A stretch of 64,000 nt of DNA from a virus (lineage: Duplodnaviria; Caudoviricetes). A program made the position numbers and the translations under genes. Shown in pieces: positions 28,617 to 38,821 of this stretch (position 1 is its first letter; each line of letters starts with the position of its first letter). Where the stretch lies: IMG/VR virus record IMGVR_UViG_3300030330_006019, positions 32,001 through 96,000 of that record. One strand, written 5' to 3'. Below the pieces are notes generated by a model that was given only the letters and a program-made list of their open reading frames with translations, did not search any database and was not told the origin of the DNA.

Positions 28617-30265
28617 TATCCTATTCCAAATCCTCCTCCCATCATTGGTGGCTCTTTGCCTTCTTCCTCTGGGAGTTTATTAATTACACATTCAGTTGTT
28701 AAAATTGTACCTGAAACTGATACTGCTTTTTCAAGAGCAACACGTGTTACTTTATTAGGGTCAACAATTCCTTCTTCATACATATCTACAACTTTTTCAT
28801 TTCTTGCATCAAATCCTGGTACTTTCAAACCATCTGATGTATTAACTTTATTCCATATTACATCAGAATTTAGACCTGCATTTTCCATTATTGCATTAAA
28901 TGGTGCCTTGCATGCATCTAAAACAATTTCATATCCAATTAGTTGGTCAGGATTTGAAACAAATGGACCTTCTTCTTCAGCCTCTGTGCTTGCAATTCTT
29001 AGTGCTATTCCACCACCAGGTACAATACCTTCATCAATTGCTGCTCGTGTTGCTGCAAGTGCATCTTCAACTCTATATTTTTTTTCCTTAAGCTCTATTT
29101 CAGATTGTGCACCTATATTTAATATTGCAACACCGCCTGTCATTTTACCAAGCCTTTCTTGAAGACTTTCTATTTCATAACTAGAGTCTGAACTATCAAT
29201 TAAGTCTTTTATATCATTTGCCCTGGCTAAAACATCATCAGAATTTCCACCACCATCAACAATTGTTGTATTTTTACCAGTTATACTAATTAACTTTGCT
29301 GTACCAAACATATCAGGTGTAACTTTGTCAAGTTTCATTCCCTTTGTTGTTGAAATTACAGTACCTCCAGTCAAAACAGCAATGTCTTGTAACATATCAT
29401 TTCTTTTATCACCAAATCCTGGTGCCTTTACAGCTGCTACTTTACACGTACCTCTTGCTTTATTAACAATAAGTCCTGCCAATGCTTCACCATCAACATC
29501 TTCGGCAATAATAACTAAAGGCTTATCTGCTTGGATTGCCATTTCAAGTGGCTTAACTATTGATTTTAGACTAGATATTCGTTTATCATATAGTAGAATC
29601 CATGCATTTTCCAATTGGCACATCATCTTTTCATTTGAATTTACAAAGTATGGAGATAAGTAACCTCTATCAAACTGTAAACCTTCAACAACTTCTAAAT
29701 TTGTTTCTGATGACTTTCCTTCCTCAACTGTTATTACACCTTCACGACCTACTTTGTCCATAGCTTCAGAAATAAGGTTTCCAATTTCAGTATCATTATT
29801 TGCAGATATTCTTGCAACTTGTTGAATTTCAGTTTCAGATTCTATTTGTTTACTCATAGAACTTAATTTTTCTCTAATAACACCAACAGCCTTTTCCATA
29901 CCTCTTTTTATTTCAACAGGGTTTGCTGAACTTCTTGAAATTGTATTCAACCCATTCTCAATAATACTGTGAGCCAATACTGTAGCCGTTGTTGTTCCAT
30001 CACCAGCTTCATCATTTACTTGCTTGGCAACTTCTTTAACCATTTGTGCACCAGCATTTTGAACTGAATCTGTTAGTTCTACTTCTTCAGCAACTGTTAC
30101 ACCATCCTTTGTTGAAACATATTCACCAAAATCTTTTTCAATGACAACATTTCTACCTTTAGGACCTAATGTAGTTTTTACTGCATCACATAATGTATTT
30201 ATTCCAGCATACAATCCATCTTTTGCTTTTTTGTCAAATGATATTTTTTTTGGACCTGATTTCAT
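28616..30265 (-). CDS. groEL: Chaperonin GroEL
   Basis: [58 protein letters not shown]-rich tail. Confidence 0.98.
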   Translation of the reverse strand: MKSGPKKISFDKKAKDGLYAGINTLCDAVKTTLGPKGRNVVIEKDFGEYVSTKDGVTVAEEVELTDSVQNAGAQMVKEVAKQVNDEAGDGTTTATVLAHSIIENGLNTISRSSANPVEIKRGMEKAVGVIREKLSSMSKQIESETEIQQVARISANNDTEIGNLISEAMDKVGREGVITVEEGKSSETNLEVVEGLQFDRGYLSPYFVNSNEKMMCQLENAWILLYDKRISSLKSIVKPLEMAIQADKPLVIIAEDVDGEALAGLIVNKARGTCKVAAVKAPGFGDKRNDMLQDIAVLTGGTVISTTKGMKLDKVTPDMFGTAKLISITGKNTTIVDGGGNSDDVLARANDIKDLIDSSDSSYEIESLQERLGKMTGGVAILNIGAQSEIELKEKKYRVEDALAATRAAIDEGIVPGGGIALRIASTEAEEEGPFVSNPDQLIGYEIVLDACKAPFNAIMENAGLNSDVIWNKVNTSDGLKVPGFDARNEKVVDMYEEGIVDPNKVTRVALEKAVSVSGTILTTECVINKLPEEEGKEPPMMGGGFGIG

Positions 30266-30266
30266 T

Positions 30267-30563
30267 TTATTTCTCCTTAATAATAACTAATAATTCTTTT
30301 TCACGAATGACCAAATAGTCTTCTCCGTCAACTTCAATCTTTTTTGCACCATACTTTGGGTACATAACTTTATCACCTACTTTGCACTGCATATAACCAA
30401 CTTGGCCAGAAGATAATACTTCGCCTGGACCAACTGAACATACTGTACCTAACATAGTTTCTTCTTGTGCAATATCTGGAAGGATAACTCCTCCTGATGT
30501 CATTTCATCTGGGTCAATTGCTTTTAATACGACTCTATCGCCTATTGGATTTAATTTTTCCAT
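30267..30563 (-). CDS. groES: Co-chaperonin GroES
   Basis: PIGDRV, TSGGVILP, VGPG, KVGDKV; GGAGG RBS before MEKLNP. Confidence 0.96.
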   Translation of the reverse strand: MEKLNPIGDRVVLKAIDPDEMTSGGVILPDIAQEETMLGTVCSVGPGEVLSSGQVGYMQCKVGDKVMYPKYGAKKIEVDGEDYLVIREKELLVIIKEK

Positions 30564-30622
30564 TATAACCTCCATTTATTATGTATATATTAATAACCTT
30601 TTTGTATATATAAATATACTTC

Positions 30623-33061
30623 TTAACTAACTAAACTCTCATATTGCTGCAATAAATTATCAACATTTCCAATTAATTTGAACTCTTCTAATTGTTCTAA
30701 AACTTGCTTTGAAAAATATGTTTCGTAATCTATTTCAAATATTTCTTTTCTATCATCTATTAAGTGTAAATCTTCTTCATTCAAACATATTGCAGTTTGT
30801 CGTTCTCTAATCTTAATATCATCTTCACATTTACTCTTTATATAAAATAAATAAGGTGCATCTAGGTTTGTAATTGTTGTACCTAGTTTTTCATTTGCCC
30901 ATAATGCAGCCTTTAAGTGTTGTGGTTTATTTTTTAAGTATTGGTTAAATCGTTTAGTAAACTTTTTAGATATTCCAATATCTTTATAATTGATTGTCTC
31001 TATCTTTTTTCTTAACTGGGTTAAATGCTCTATTTTCAAATTGTCACGTATTGCCATTTCAGTAACAACATTTAATGCCTTCTTAAGAAACTCTGGTGCA
31101 TCTTTTCTAATAATATTCATACCTCTAATATATTTTTTACCAGTATCTCTTATTATTGCATAGTACCTTTTCTTTGATTCACCAAAATAAATGTATTCTA
31201 AATCATATTCAAATTTAAGGTCCATCATCATATACTCATCTGAAACCTTAGGATTGTATTTTGCAACATATTCGTTTCTTAAGTCATCATTAAATTTAAC
31301 CAATTTGTCTTTCATTTGTGTTTCTGTACAACCATTTGACTTTACAAATATACTATCAGTATCACCATATAAAACTTTATGTTCTTGATTAAATTTTAAT
31401 GTTGCAAACTTTAATGCTTGTCTTGCAAAAAATGTAATTGCATCTGCACACTCTGGTTTATATAATCTAAAAAAGTTGAATCCCATAGCACCATAGGCTG
31501 AATTAAGAACTAACTTATATGCCCATTGTCTTTTGTCCATTGCAACTTTTTCATCACCTTTGTATTTTCCTTGACCAAGACCTTTATTTATTTCTACTCT
31601 TTGTAAAAATAACTTCTTTAGAATTTTAGGTAATAGTCCTACCTTATATGAATGGCCATAAAATAAATATCTTCCACCAAATAGAGTTTCATCTTCACCT
31701 GTATCAATAAAATCAGTATCTTCTTCCTTTAGCTTGTCAACTATTTCTTGTATATTCATACCCATATTGTCACATTGTTCCTTTGAACAAATAAATGTTT
31801 CTGGGCTAATATTGAATGACATAATACTTGTAGGATATAGTGATGTATAGTCCATAACAGTAACATCTTTATGTCTACCAGGTTCAGTAGGGTTAAATAC
31901 GATTGCACCTGCATAGTTTTTTCTAGGACGTGTTATCCTATTAGGAAATATAATTTTATTGTGATTATCTTTTAAGATATAACTATCAACAACAACGGAT
32001 TTGAAAAAACACATTGGCATTTGTTCTACACCACTAATTGATTGTAGAGTACAATATAAATCAAACAATTGTATCTTTTCATCTATTTCTTTTAGTATTT
32101 GTACATCACGTATACCATATTTTATAAATCCGTCAAAGTTATTTAACCAATCCTTCCAAGTAACCTCAGTGAGCTTTTCCATTTCACCTTCACCAAGTAT
32201 TTCTTTTGATGCAGTTGCAAGTTTCCAATTAGGAAGGTTGTAGTTCATATCTTGTAATGCTTCCATCATATCAACATGGTCTAATCCTCGTATATTGATT
32301 CTCCAATAATCTCCCTTTTTTCTCATGTAAATATCTTTAACTGGAGATATATCTTCATAAGGCAATCCTAATTTTTTACACCTATTGATAATGTATGGCA
32401 TATCAAATCCAGAACAGAACCAACCTGTTAGTACATCACAGTGACTGACATTTATAAGGTTTATGAAACCCATAATTACATCTTCTTCTGTTTTACACAT
32501 AACATATGTTGTACCATTTTCAGTATACATTTTTGGCTGTTCATATTGCTCAGTTAATTCTGGATGCCATGCAAATACAAAATACGATTTCTTTTCTGTT
32601 GAGTAACACTGAATTGATGTAATTGGTTGTTCAGCCCGTTCTGGCTTATTACTATCTGGGTTTTCCAAATCAACATGACACTCAATATCATAATACATTT
32701 TATGTCTTTTGTCTGACCATTCTAGGTTTTTATCTAACATAAACTTAAACTCTGGAGAAACATCTGCTTCATATGTTTTCATACCAAACTTTCTAGATAT
32801 TTCATTACGATTTTTTATTGAATTGTAATAAACTCTATTAACCTTTTCTCCATAAAAGCTATCATAAAATTGAGTGTCACTAAAGTCTAATCCATTGACT
32901 CCCATAATGTCTTCAATGTTATCGGCTGAATAATAGAAGTAGTCTCTTACCTTGTCAACCTTTGTGACAAACTTTCCATCTTCATCATAACCAAATTGAT
33001 AAATGTTCCACATTCCTTTGTCGAACCTTGATGTAATACGTGATATTTTGAATTTATTCAT
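30623..33061 (-). CDS. Family B DNA polymerase
   Basis: Exo motifs YYDIEC and FDMPY; Pol motifs DYTSLYP, KLVLNSAYG, YGDTDS, KKRY; start moved to MNKFKISR because the longer ORF overlaps the tRNA. Confidence 0.96.
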   Translation of the reverse strand: MNKFKISRITSRFDKGMWNIYQFGYDEDGKFVTKVDKVRDYFYYSADNIEDIMGVNGLDFSDTQFYDSFYGEKVNRVYYNSIKNRNEISRKFGMKTYEADVSPEFKFMLDKNLEWSDKRHKMYYDIECHVDLENPDSNKPERAEQPITSIQCYSTEKKSYFVFAWHPELTEQYEQPKMYTENGTTYVMCKTEEDVIMGFINLINVSHCDVLTGWFCSGFDMPYIINRCKKLGLPYEDISPVKDIYMRKKGDYWRINIRGLDHVDMMEALQDMNYNLPNWKLATASKEILGEGEMEKLTEVTWKDWLNNFDGFIKYGIRDVQILKEIDEKIQLFDLYCTLQSISGVEQMPMCFFKSVVVDSYILKDNHNKIIFPNRITRPRKNYAGAIVFNPTEPGRHKDVTVMDYTSLYPTSIMSFNISPETFICSKEQCDNMGMNIQEIVDKLKEEDTDFIDTGEDETLFGGRYLFYGHSYKVGLLPKILKKLFLQRVEINKGLGQGKYKGDEKVAMDKRQWAYKLVLNSAYGAMGFNFFRLYKPECADAITFFARQALKFATLKFNQEHKVLYGDTDSIFVKSNGCTETQMKDKLVKFNDDLRNEYVAKYNPKVSDEYMMMDLKFEYDLEYIYFGESKKRYYAIIRDTGKKYIRGMNIIRKDAPEFLKKALNVVTEMAIRDNLKIEHLTQLRKKIETINYKDIGISKKFTKRFNQYLKNKPQHLKAALWANEKLGTTITNLDAPYLFYIKSKCEDDIKIRERQTAICLNEEDLHLIDDRKEIFEIDYETYFSKQVLEQLEEFKLIGNVDNLLQQYESLVS

Positions 33062-33067
33062 ATAGTA

Positions 33068-33098
33068 TAATATAACTAATTTTTTTGATATATAAAAA
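33068..33098 (-). promoter_or_regulatory. Class A promoter-like motif upstream of polB
   Basis: Minus TTTTTATATATCAAAAAAATTAGTTATATTA. Confidence 0.65.
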
Positions 33099-33103
33099 TT
33101 ATT

Positions 33104-33180
33104 TGGGTGGTAAATGAGAATCGAACTCACAACCTTTGGAACCACAATCCAGTGCTCTAACCTATTGAGCTATTACCACC
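33104..33180 (-). tRNA. tRNA-His (GUG)
   Basis: Minus strand GGTGGTAATAGCTCAATAGGTTAGAGCACTGGATTGTGGTTCCAAAGGTTGTGAGTTCGATTCTCATTTACCACCCA folds as a cloverleaf with anticodon GTG and the G-1:C73 identity pair. Confidence 0.93.
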
Positions 33181-33182
33181 AT

Positions 33183-33371
33183 TTATTTTGCAAATCCACA
33201 ATAAACTAAACCACCACCCATTGATGTAAGACACATAAAGAATCCTATTTCGTTTAGTGGGTCTGCAAAGTTTATGTAATTTAATATTTCACCTGTACCT
33301 GTAATGTATGCAAGGTATAGACAAAATATTCCACTTAAAACTAATAATGCATTGTTGATAAAATTTTTCAT
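33183..33371 (-). CDS. Small membrane protein
   Basis: Two hydrophobic segments; promoter-like motif upstream. Confidence 0.6.
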   Translation of the reverse strand: MKNFINNALLVLSGIFCLYLAYITGTGEILNYINFADPLNEIGFFMCLTSMGGGLVYCGFAK

Positions 33372-33459
33372 ATTGTAACCATTTTGATTTATATAATAAA
33401 TATAACTATTTTTTCCTAATTAATGCTATGTTTTTTATAAAGTTATTAACAACTTAATG

Positions 33460-33825
33460 TTAAATACTTATTTCATTATCCAATTTAATTCCTGGAAATA
33501 CAACCGACCAAATCTTTCTAATAATTGGTCTTCCACCATAATCATCTCCATCATCATCTTCATAAAGGTCCAATTCTGCAACGATGTCTTCACCACTAAA
33601 CAGTTCAACCATAGCTTCACCATGAGCTTGCATTGCAACTCTTATGTAAGGTTCATATGTTCTATTTCCTTCAATATCAGTGCAAGATGTAAATCTCATA
33701 TCATATTGAAATCCAGGTATTAATGTATTGGCTACACTCTTTACATGTTGAAGCCATTCAACTACATCTACATAATGTCCCATTTCTTTGGAATAAACCA
33801 TTCCATCTGTCATTTCATTTTTCAT
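33460..33825 (-). CDS. Acidic hypothetical protein
   Basis: 121-aa ORF with promoter-like motif upstream. Confidence 0.6.
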   Translation of the reverse strand: MKNEMTDGMVYSKEMGHYVDVVEWLQHVKSVANTLIPGFQYDMRFTSCTDIEGNRTYEPYIRVAMQAHGEAMVELFSGEDIVAELDLYEDDDGDDYGGRPIIRKIWSVVFPGIKLDNEISI

Positions 33826-33919
33826 AGTATTATCAATTATTTATATATAAATATAACTAGAATTGTTGGGAAAAAAAAATATTTTCACAGTTATTTTTAC
33901 TAAAATATGAAAAAAGTTA

Positions 33920-34147
33920 TTAACAAGGATTGTTTACATAGTATTCTATGAGATTTATTATCTTTTCTGCATCAGAATCATCACATTGTTTATAACTTTT
34001 TCCCATTTTACTTTTAATTCTTTCAAAAATATGTGCATATGAATTTCTTCCTTTTGGGTGGAAGCGGTGAGGAGGTAATTTACCTTTTAGTTCATCACCT
34101 GCCTTTATAGCTGCTTCATATATTATCTTTTGAACCTCTGGTGACAT
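33920..34147 (-). CDS. Hypothetical protein
   Basis: 75-aa ORF (HPKGRNSYAH) directly after the methyltransferase. Confidence 0.65.
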   Translation of the reverse strand: MSPEVQKIIYEAAIKAGDELKGKLPPHRFHPKGRNSYAHIFERIKSKMGKSYKQCDDSDAEKIINLIEYYVNNPC

Positions 34148-34148
34148 A

Positions 34149-35372
34149 TTAAAATAACGATGTCTGTAATGATTCTTGAATAATCTTTTGATTTGTATTG
34201 TCTTGTTTTACAAAGAAACCATCAGCAGTTGGTAATTCACCATTTATATATTTTACAACTTGTTCAGTCATATCTCTTGCAGTACATGTAGGTACATTTT
34301 GTGCAATATGATTTACTTGCTTTACGTCTTCAATTACAAAGTCATGTGGTAGTCCCATTAGGTGTAAAAATTCTCTAACATTCAAATACCTATTTTCTGT
34401 TGGATGTACACCATTAAACATGTTCCTACCAATTAGTGCATTAAACGATTTACTAAAAATATGAGGTGAACTATCCCAATATCCTAGTCCCATTGACCTC
34501 TTTTTTAATACATGTTCTAACATACTAATAAATGTATTTGTTCCATTCTTTTTACTAAACCCTTCAGTTGGATAATATTTTTTTAACCAATCAATACATT
34601 CATGTACAAGGTCATATTTTTCAAGGTATTGATATAATGTTCCATGATTCCACCATTCAACAAATTCTTTATGAGTTTTACCTTCTCGTTCAAGAATAAA
34701 TTGGTATGGCTTAAAGTGTTCAGTTACAGAACCTGGTACCATAAACATATCTTGACAACTTGCATTTTTTGGTACCTCTAATAAATAATCTGCTAGTGAT
34801 TTACAATCTCTCTTATACCAATCAAATATAGGAGGCTTAGTACCTTTCCAAAAAAAGTAAAATGTTCTCATTCTTCTTTGTGGTATACCATGTAACTCTG
34901 TATTTGTCTTAATCATTGAAAAACTATAATCATATTCTTTTCCAATTGTCTTTAGTTTTTCTACAACACCTTCACCAAGTTTAGTAAATAGTCCAGGTGC
35001 ATTTTCTCCCCATAAAACTTTTGGCTTATAGTTTTCTAAAATTACCCTTGTAGATTTATACATCCATTCATTTTGTGCTGCATCACTACCTCTCTTATTT
35101 ATACTTCCTTCAATAGCAGATGAATTCAACATTGACAATCCTGCACAAGGACATACACTATTTACAAAATCAAGCTTACCTAAATCAGGAGTATTTCCTT
35201 CATCCAAAACATGATAAGGTACATCTGGCCAATGTCTTCTAATGTGACTTTCATTGGATGCAAATGGACTATATGTTAAATGTCCTACTGGTTGATTTTT
35301 TGTTGTCATACTGCAACCTACTGCACTACCACCAATAAGTGGTATTATTGTTGCCCATTTTATTTCGCTCAT
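34149..35372 (-). CDS. DNA cytosine-C5 methyltransferase-like protein with atypical motif I
   Basis: Motif I IIPLIGG, IV CPCAGLS, VI GENAPGL, VIII PQRRMR, IX RYLNVRE..LMGLP, X IAQNVP. Confidence 0.85.
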   Translation of the reverse strand: MSEIKWATIIPLIGGSAVGCSMTTKNQPVGHLTYSPFASNESHIRRHWPDVPYHVLDEGNTPDLGKLDFVNSVCPCAGLSMLNSSAIEGSINKRGSDAAQNEWMYKSTRVILENYKPKVLWGENAPGLFTKLGEGVVEKLKTIGKEYDYSFSMIKTNTELHGIPQRRMRTFYFFWKGTKPPIFDWYKRDCKSLADYLLEVPKNASCQDMFMVPGSVTEHFKPYQFILEREGKTHKEFVEWWNHGTLYQYLEKYDLVHECIDWLKKYYPTEGFSKKNGTNTFISMLEHVLKKRSMGLGYWDSSPHIFSKSFNALIGRNMFNGVHPTENRYLNVREFLHLMGLPHDFVIEDVKQVNHIAQNVPTCTARDMTEQVVKYINGELPTADGFFVKQDNTNQKIIQESLQTSLF

Positions 35373-36640
35373 ATTCTAACTCCTATATTTGTGTTTGCTA
35401 ACGATGTATTTACAATGTCATATACAAATGAACCATCTGTAACATTTTTAATTAAATTTTGTTGTAATAGATTAACCAATTGTATTCTCTTTTCAGGAAC
35501 TTCATCTAAAAATTTCATTTTGTCATAAAAATCTTGAGGACTTGAAACCCTACAGAAATGATTAAGAGGTAAAACATTTCCTTGAGTGTCGTATGTTGGA
35601 TGGAAAAAAGGTACAACACCCATCATAAGTACTTCAGCATATTTACTTGTTACCCAGTCAGGTCCTATTGGAATTACAAGAGTATATCGTGTATCCTTAA
35701 ACTTTTCATCTATTTCAGCTGGTGTAACATATCCCTTAAATTGTGGGTAACCATCTGTAAAGTGTTCTTTCCATTTACCATATATTTCAACTTCTTGGTC
35801 TGTATCACGGTCAAGAATCCATTCTTTTATTGCATCAAATCTTTTATCCTTTGTTGCTTGACCTGTTACACTCTGCATTGCTACAATTGTAAACTTTGTA
35901 TTTCTAGTTATACTAGGTTTTATAATTTTTTCATCTACAAGATTAAGCTTTTCAATTCCACTATATCTTACATTAATTGTTTTGTCCTCAAATTCAGCAT
36001 CATTTCTGTATTCCTTTAAGCTATGCCAAATACTTGTTGTATTATACTGTGCAATTATTTCTTTTGGATAATTTACAGTATCTTTTGCCTTAAATATTGG
36101 TTTAGTATATCTAGGGTCTGTACATATCATATACCAAGGAAGGTCTGATTTATTTAGATAGTGAACAATTGGTGAAGAATAATTATATGTCATACCTAGA
36201 AGTTTTACCTTTGAACTAGGGTCTCTTACACCATCTAAGAAATTAGGTATAACATTGTTTGTCATATATCCTGGTCCAATAAATCCTAAACCAAAATCTG
36301 GTTTTGTTTCATCATGATTTAGATATTCATCAAGTCTTTGGTAATTTAGAGTCAATTGCATATCCTGGCCCTTATCTGGTCTTATATCTTTTGGGTCAAG
36401 TTCATCATAGATATATCTTAAAACTCCACGTGGGTCATATTCTTGCTTTTCAAACATATCAAGTTTTCCCCAATCACTCTTTTGTATAATAAGTACCTCC
36501 CCAATTTTTGGATTAGAACATAGTGATTTTATAAGTTTATAATACTCATTAGTACCATCGGCACGTTTAAGATTCTTTTTTACAAATTTAATTGCACCAC
36601 CTAATACAAAGATAGCGACTTTAATGTTGTCAGTTTTCAT
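35369..36640 (-). CDS. GT-B glycosyltransferase resembling T4 DNA beta-glucosyltransferase
   Basis: CTDPR, IYGKW, FKGYV...EK...WVTSKYAE...YDTQ...FCRVSSPQDF recalls the BGT C-terminal pattern; lies in dCMP-modification cluster; start at MKTDNI. Confidence 0.7.
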   Translation of the reverse strand: MKTDNIKVAIFVLGGAIKFVKKNLKRADGTNEYYKLIKSLCSNPKIGEVLIIQKSDWGKLDMFEKQEYDPRGVLRYIYDELDPKDIRPDKGQDMQLTLNYQRLDEYLNHDETKPDFGLGFIGPGYMTNNVIPNFLDGVRDPSSKVKLLGMTYNYSSPIVHYLNKSDLPWYMICTDPRYTKPIFKAKDTVNYPKEIIAQYNTTSIWHSLKEYRNDAEFEDKTINVRYSGIEKLNLVDEKIIKPSITRNTKFTIVAMQSVTGQATKDKRFDAIKEWILDRDTDQEVEIYGKWKEHFTDGYPQFKGYVTPAEIDEKFKDTRYTLVIPIGPDWVTSKYAEVLMMGVVPFFHPTYDTQGNVLPLNHFCRVSSPQDFYDKMKFLDEVPEKRIQLVNLLQQNLIKNVTDGSFVYDIVNTSLANTNIGVRI

Positions 36641-38213
36641 ATGTAAATTCCTCATATATTAAATTCATGGCTCTTAACCAAAATGCTTTACATCTTTCTG
36701 GGTTATCTTGGTGAAAAGGTATACAAGTTAAAAATAACATTATTGCAAGTCTCTTAACATTTCCTATATCATAACCATACTCGTTCATTTTAATTAACAT
36801 ATTAACCAATATCTTGTTTTGCTTTTCCTCATCCCAATGAAGTATTACCTTTGAACCTTCAATGTGATATCTTCCAGAAACTATCATCATGTATCCACAA
36901 TACCAATCATGTAAAAGTTTACCCATATCATACTGTGCGTCACCAGAAAACTTTGACATTCCAAAATATCCCCTAGGGTCTAGTAACTTAATTCTACCAT
37001 TGTGACTATTAAATAACATATTTCCTAAATGTAAATCACCATGAATTCTTTCACTCCACTTTGATGTCTGTAATAACTTTAGGCCTGATTGTTTTATAAA
37101 TTTCTTTGCAGTGTCTATACCTATAAAGTCATTATACATTTCACTATCCAGCCTGTCCATGTTTTTTTGAATATACATTTCATAGCAGTCTGAAAGTTTT
37201 TCCTTTCCTAGTTTATAAAACACTTTGTGATATATATCAAGTATTGAATTTGTAACACCTATCCATGTATCAGCATTCATTCTTTCATATAGCCAAACTT
37301 CATTTAGTGGAGTACCGGCTTCCCATGACATTTTCATTTCGCCATGTTGTGAATCCAAAATTTGTGGTACAAATAATCGCTGAGTATCATTTAATGTATT
37401 AAACCAATTCTTTTCTTTCTCTATCTTAAGTGCTTTATCACCAGTTGCCTTTTTGGTAATTGTACCTAAAAATGTATCTATCTCAAGTGTATTAAACTCT
37501 CTAGATGAACCTTGCATTAGACGGGCTGTTGATTCATAATATGTTTTTAATTCACCACAATCATACCATTCCGTAGTATCTAATAATTCAAAATTAGGTA
37601 TGTAATTAAGATATTCTGATAGTAATGCTGCTATTTGGTGTTCACCTTTATGTTGAGGTTGATTCATTCCTTTCTTAATAGAATCATTAAACCATTTTCT
37701 ATTGTTAAAATAATATAGACCTATAAGTGCAGAATCTGTAGGTACATCATTATCAGGTTTGTCATAAAATGTTTTACCATTACTATCAACTAAGCACCAT
37801 CTAGATTTTTGTTCAACCTTTGATACTCCTAAAAATCCTGGACTATTAAAGTTTAATTCGTCACGGCAAATTGTATCACCTAACCAAATCAATACAGAAT
37901 TGTCTTTTTTTGTTGATTTTTTCCATCCAACCTCAATTGCATGTAGTGGCCCTTTTGGATTTTTTTGTTCAACAAACTTAAATGTATTTTCAATAAATGA
38001 ATATGTAGATTTAACAAATTCACTAATATCATGTAATTTATTTTCAACAATGATTATTTCATTTACATTATGATATTGTAATAATTCATCTAAGATATAT
38101 GAAATAATAGGTTTACCACAAACAGGTATCATTGCCTTTGACATGTTACTTGAAAGTGGCCTCATTCTTGTTGCCAAACCGGCTGCTGGTATTATTACTG
38201 ATATATTAGTCAT
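36630..38213 (-). CDS. Sugar-phosphate nucleotidyltransferase fused to APH/choline-kinase-like phosphotransferase
   Basis: IIPAAGLATRMRP...K, WLGD, WYDCG (NTP transferase); IHGDLHLGN, LLDPRG, YDMGKL (kinase). Confidence 0.85.
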   Translation of the reverse strand: MTNISVIIPAAGLATRMRPLSSNMSKAMIPVCGKPIISYILDELLQYHNVNEIIIVENKLHDISEFVKSTYSFIENTFKFVEQKNPKGPLHAIEVGWKKSTKKDNSVLIWLGDTICRDELNFNSPGFLGVSKVEQKSRWCLVDSNGKTFYDKPDNDVPTDSALIGLYYFNNRKWFNDSIKKGMNQPQHKGEHQIAALLSEYLNYIPNFELLDTTEWYDCGELKTYYESTARLMQGSSREFNTLEIDTFLGTITKKATGDKALKIEKEKNWFNTLNDTQRLFVPQILDSQHGEMKMSWEAGTPLNEVWLYERMNADTWIGVTNSILDIYHKVFYKLGKEKLSDCYEMYIQKNMDRLDSEMYNDFIGIDTAKKFIKQSGLKLLQTSKWSERIHGDLHLGNMLFNSHNGRIKLLDPRGYFGMSKFSGDAQYDMGKLLHDWYCGYMMIVSGRYHIEGSKVILHWDEEKQNKILVNMLIKMNEYGYDIGNVKRLAIMLFLTCIPFHQDNPERCKAFWLRAMNLIYEEFTYEN

Positions 38214-38430
38214 CTGTTGTCATCCATACTTCTCTACTATCAGGGTCACTACCTATAACAACTTCTTCGCAATCTGACTTACAGACTGCAACAACTGTTC
38301 CAAAATCACTACCTGATATAAACTTTGCTGTATAATATTCTCCAAAGTCATTTATTACTTCAAATACATCACCAACTTTATATTTGGAATACTGATATTT
38401 ATCGTTTGTACTATTTGTTCTTATTATCAT
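38206..38430 (-). CDS. Small hypothetical protein
   Basis: 74-aa ORF within cluster. Confidence 0.55.
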   Translation of the reverse strand: MIIRTNSTNDKYQYSKYKVGDVFEVINDFGEYYTAKFISGSDFGTVVAVCKSDCEEVVIGSDPDSREVWMTTDD

Positions 38431-38443
38431 AACTATTATTCAA

Positions 38444-38821
38444 TTAGTATGGAAGGTCTAAATTTATGTTACCTATTCCTTCAGTATCTCGTTTAAGATT
38501 TATTGCAAAGGCAGTTGCCTCCCTTCCATTTTTTTTCATATCATTTATTAAGTATCTTGGGCCACCACCAAATCCCATTATCAATTGGTCATAAACTATT
38601 CCAGCCTCAGCAAGTTGACGCTCTGTTTGGTTTTTCATACACAATCTTCTACCAGTTGTTAAAATTATATTGTAGCCTTTTCTTTCCCACTCCAATAATT
38701 TTTCAATCGTTCCTGGCAATACCTCCATTTTATTATATGGAGATGTTGCTTCTGATGGTGACATGTGCTTTACTAGCGTACCATCTATATCACAAAATAT
38801 TGTTTTAGGTCTATTATCCAT
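38444..38821 (-). CDS. Minimal HAD-family phosphatase
   Basis: IFCDIDGTL, ILTTGR, PRYLIND. Confidence 0.85.
   Translation of the reverse strand: MDNRPKTIFCDIDGTLVKHMSPSEATSPYNKMEVLPGTIEKLLEWERKGYNIILTTGRRLCMKNQTERQLAEAGIVYDQLIMGFGGGPRYLINDMKKNGREATAFAINLKRDTEGIGNINLDLPY

Noticed and set aside
33062-33145. 28-residue N-terminal extension of PolB in the ORF track
   Set aside because: It overlaps the tRNA-His and a promoter motif; the ATG at 33061 is the more plausible start.
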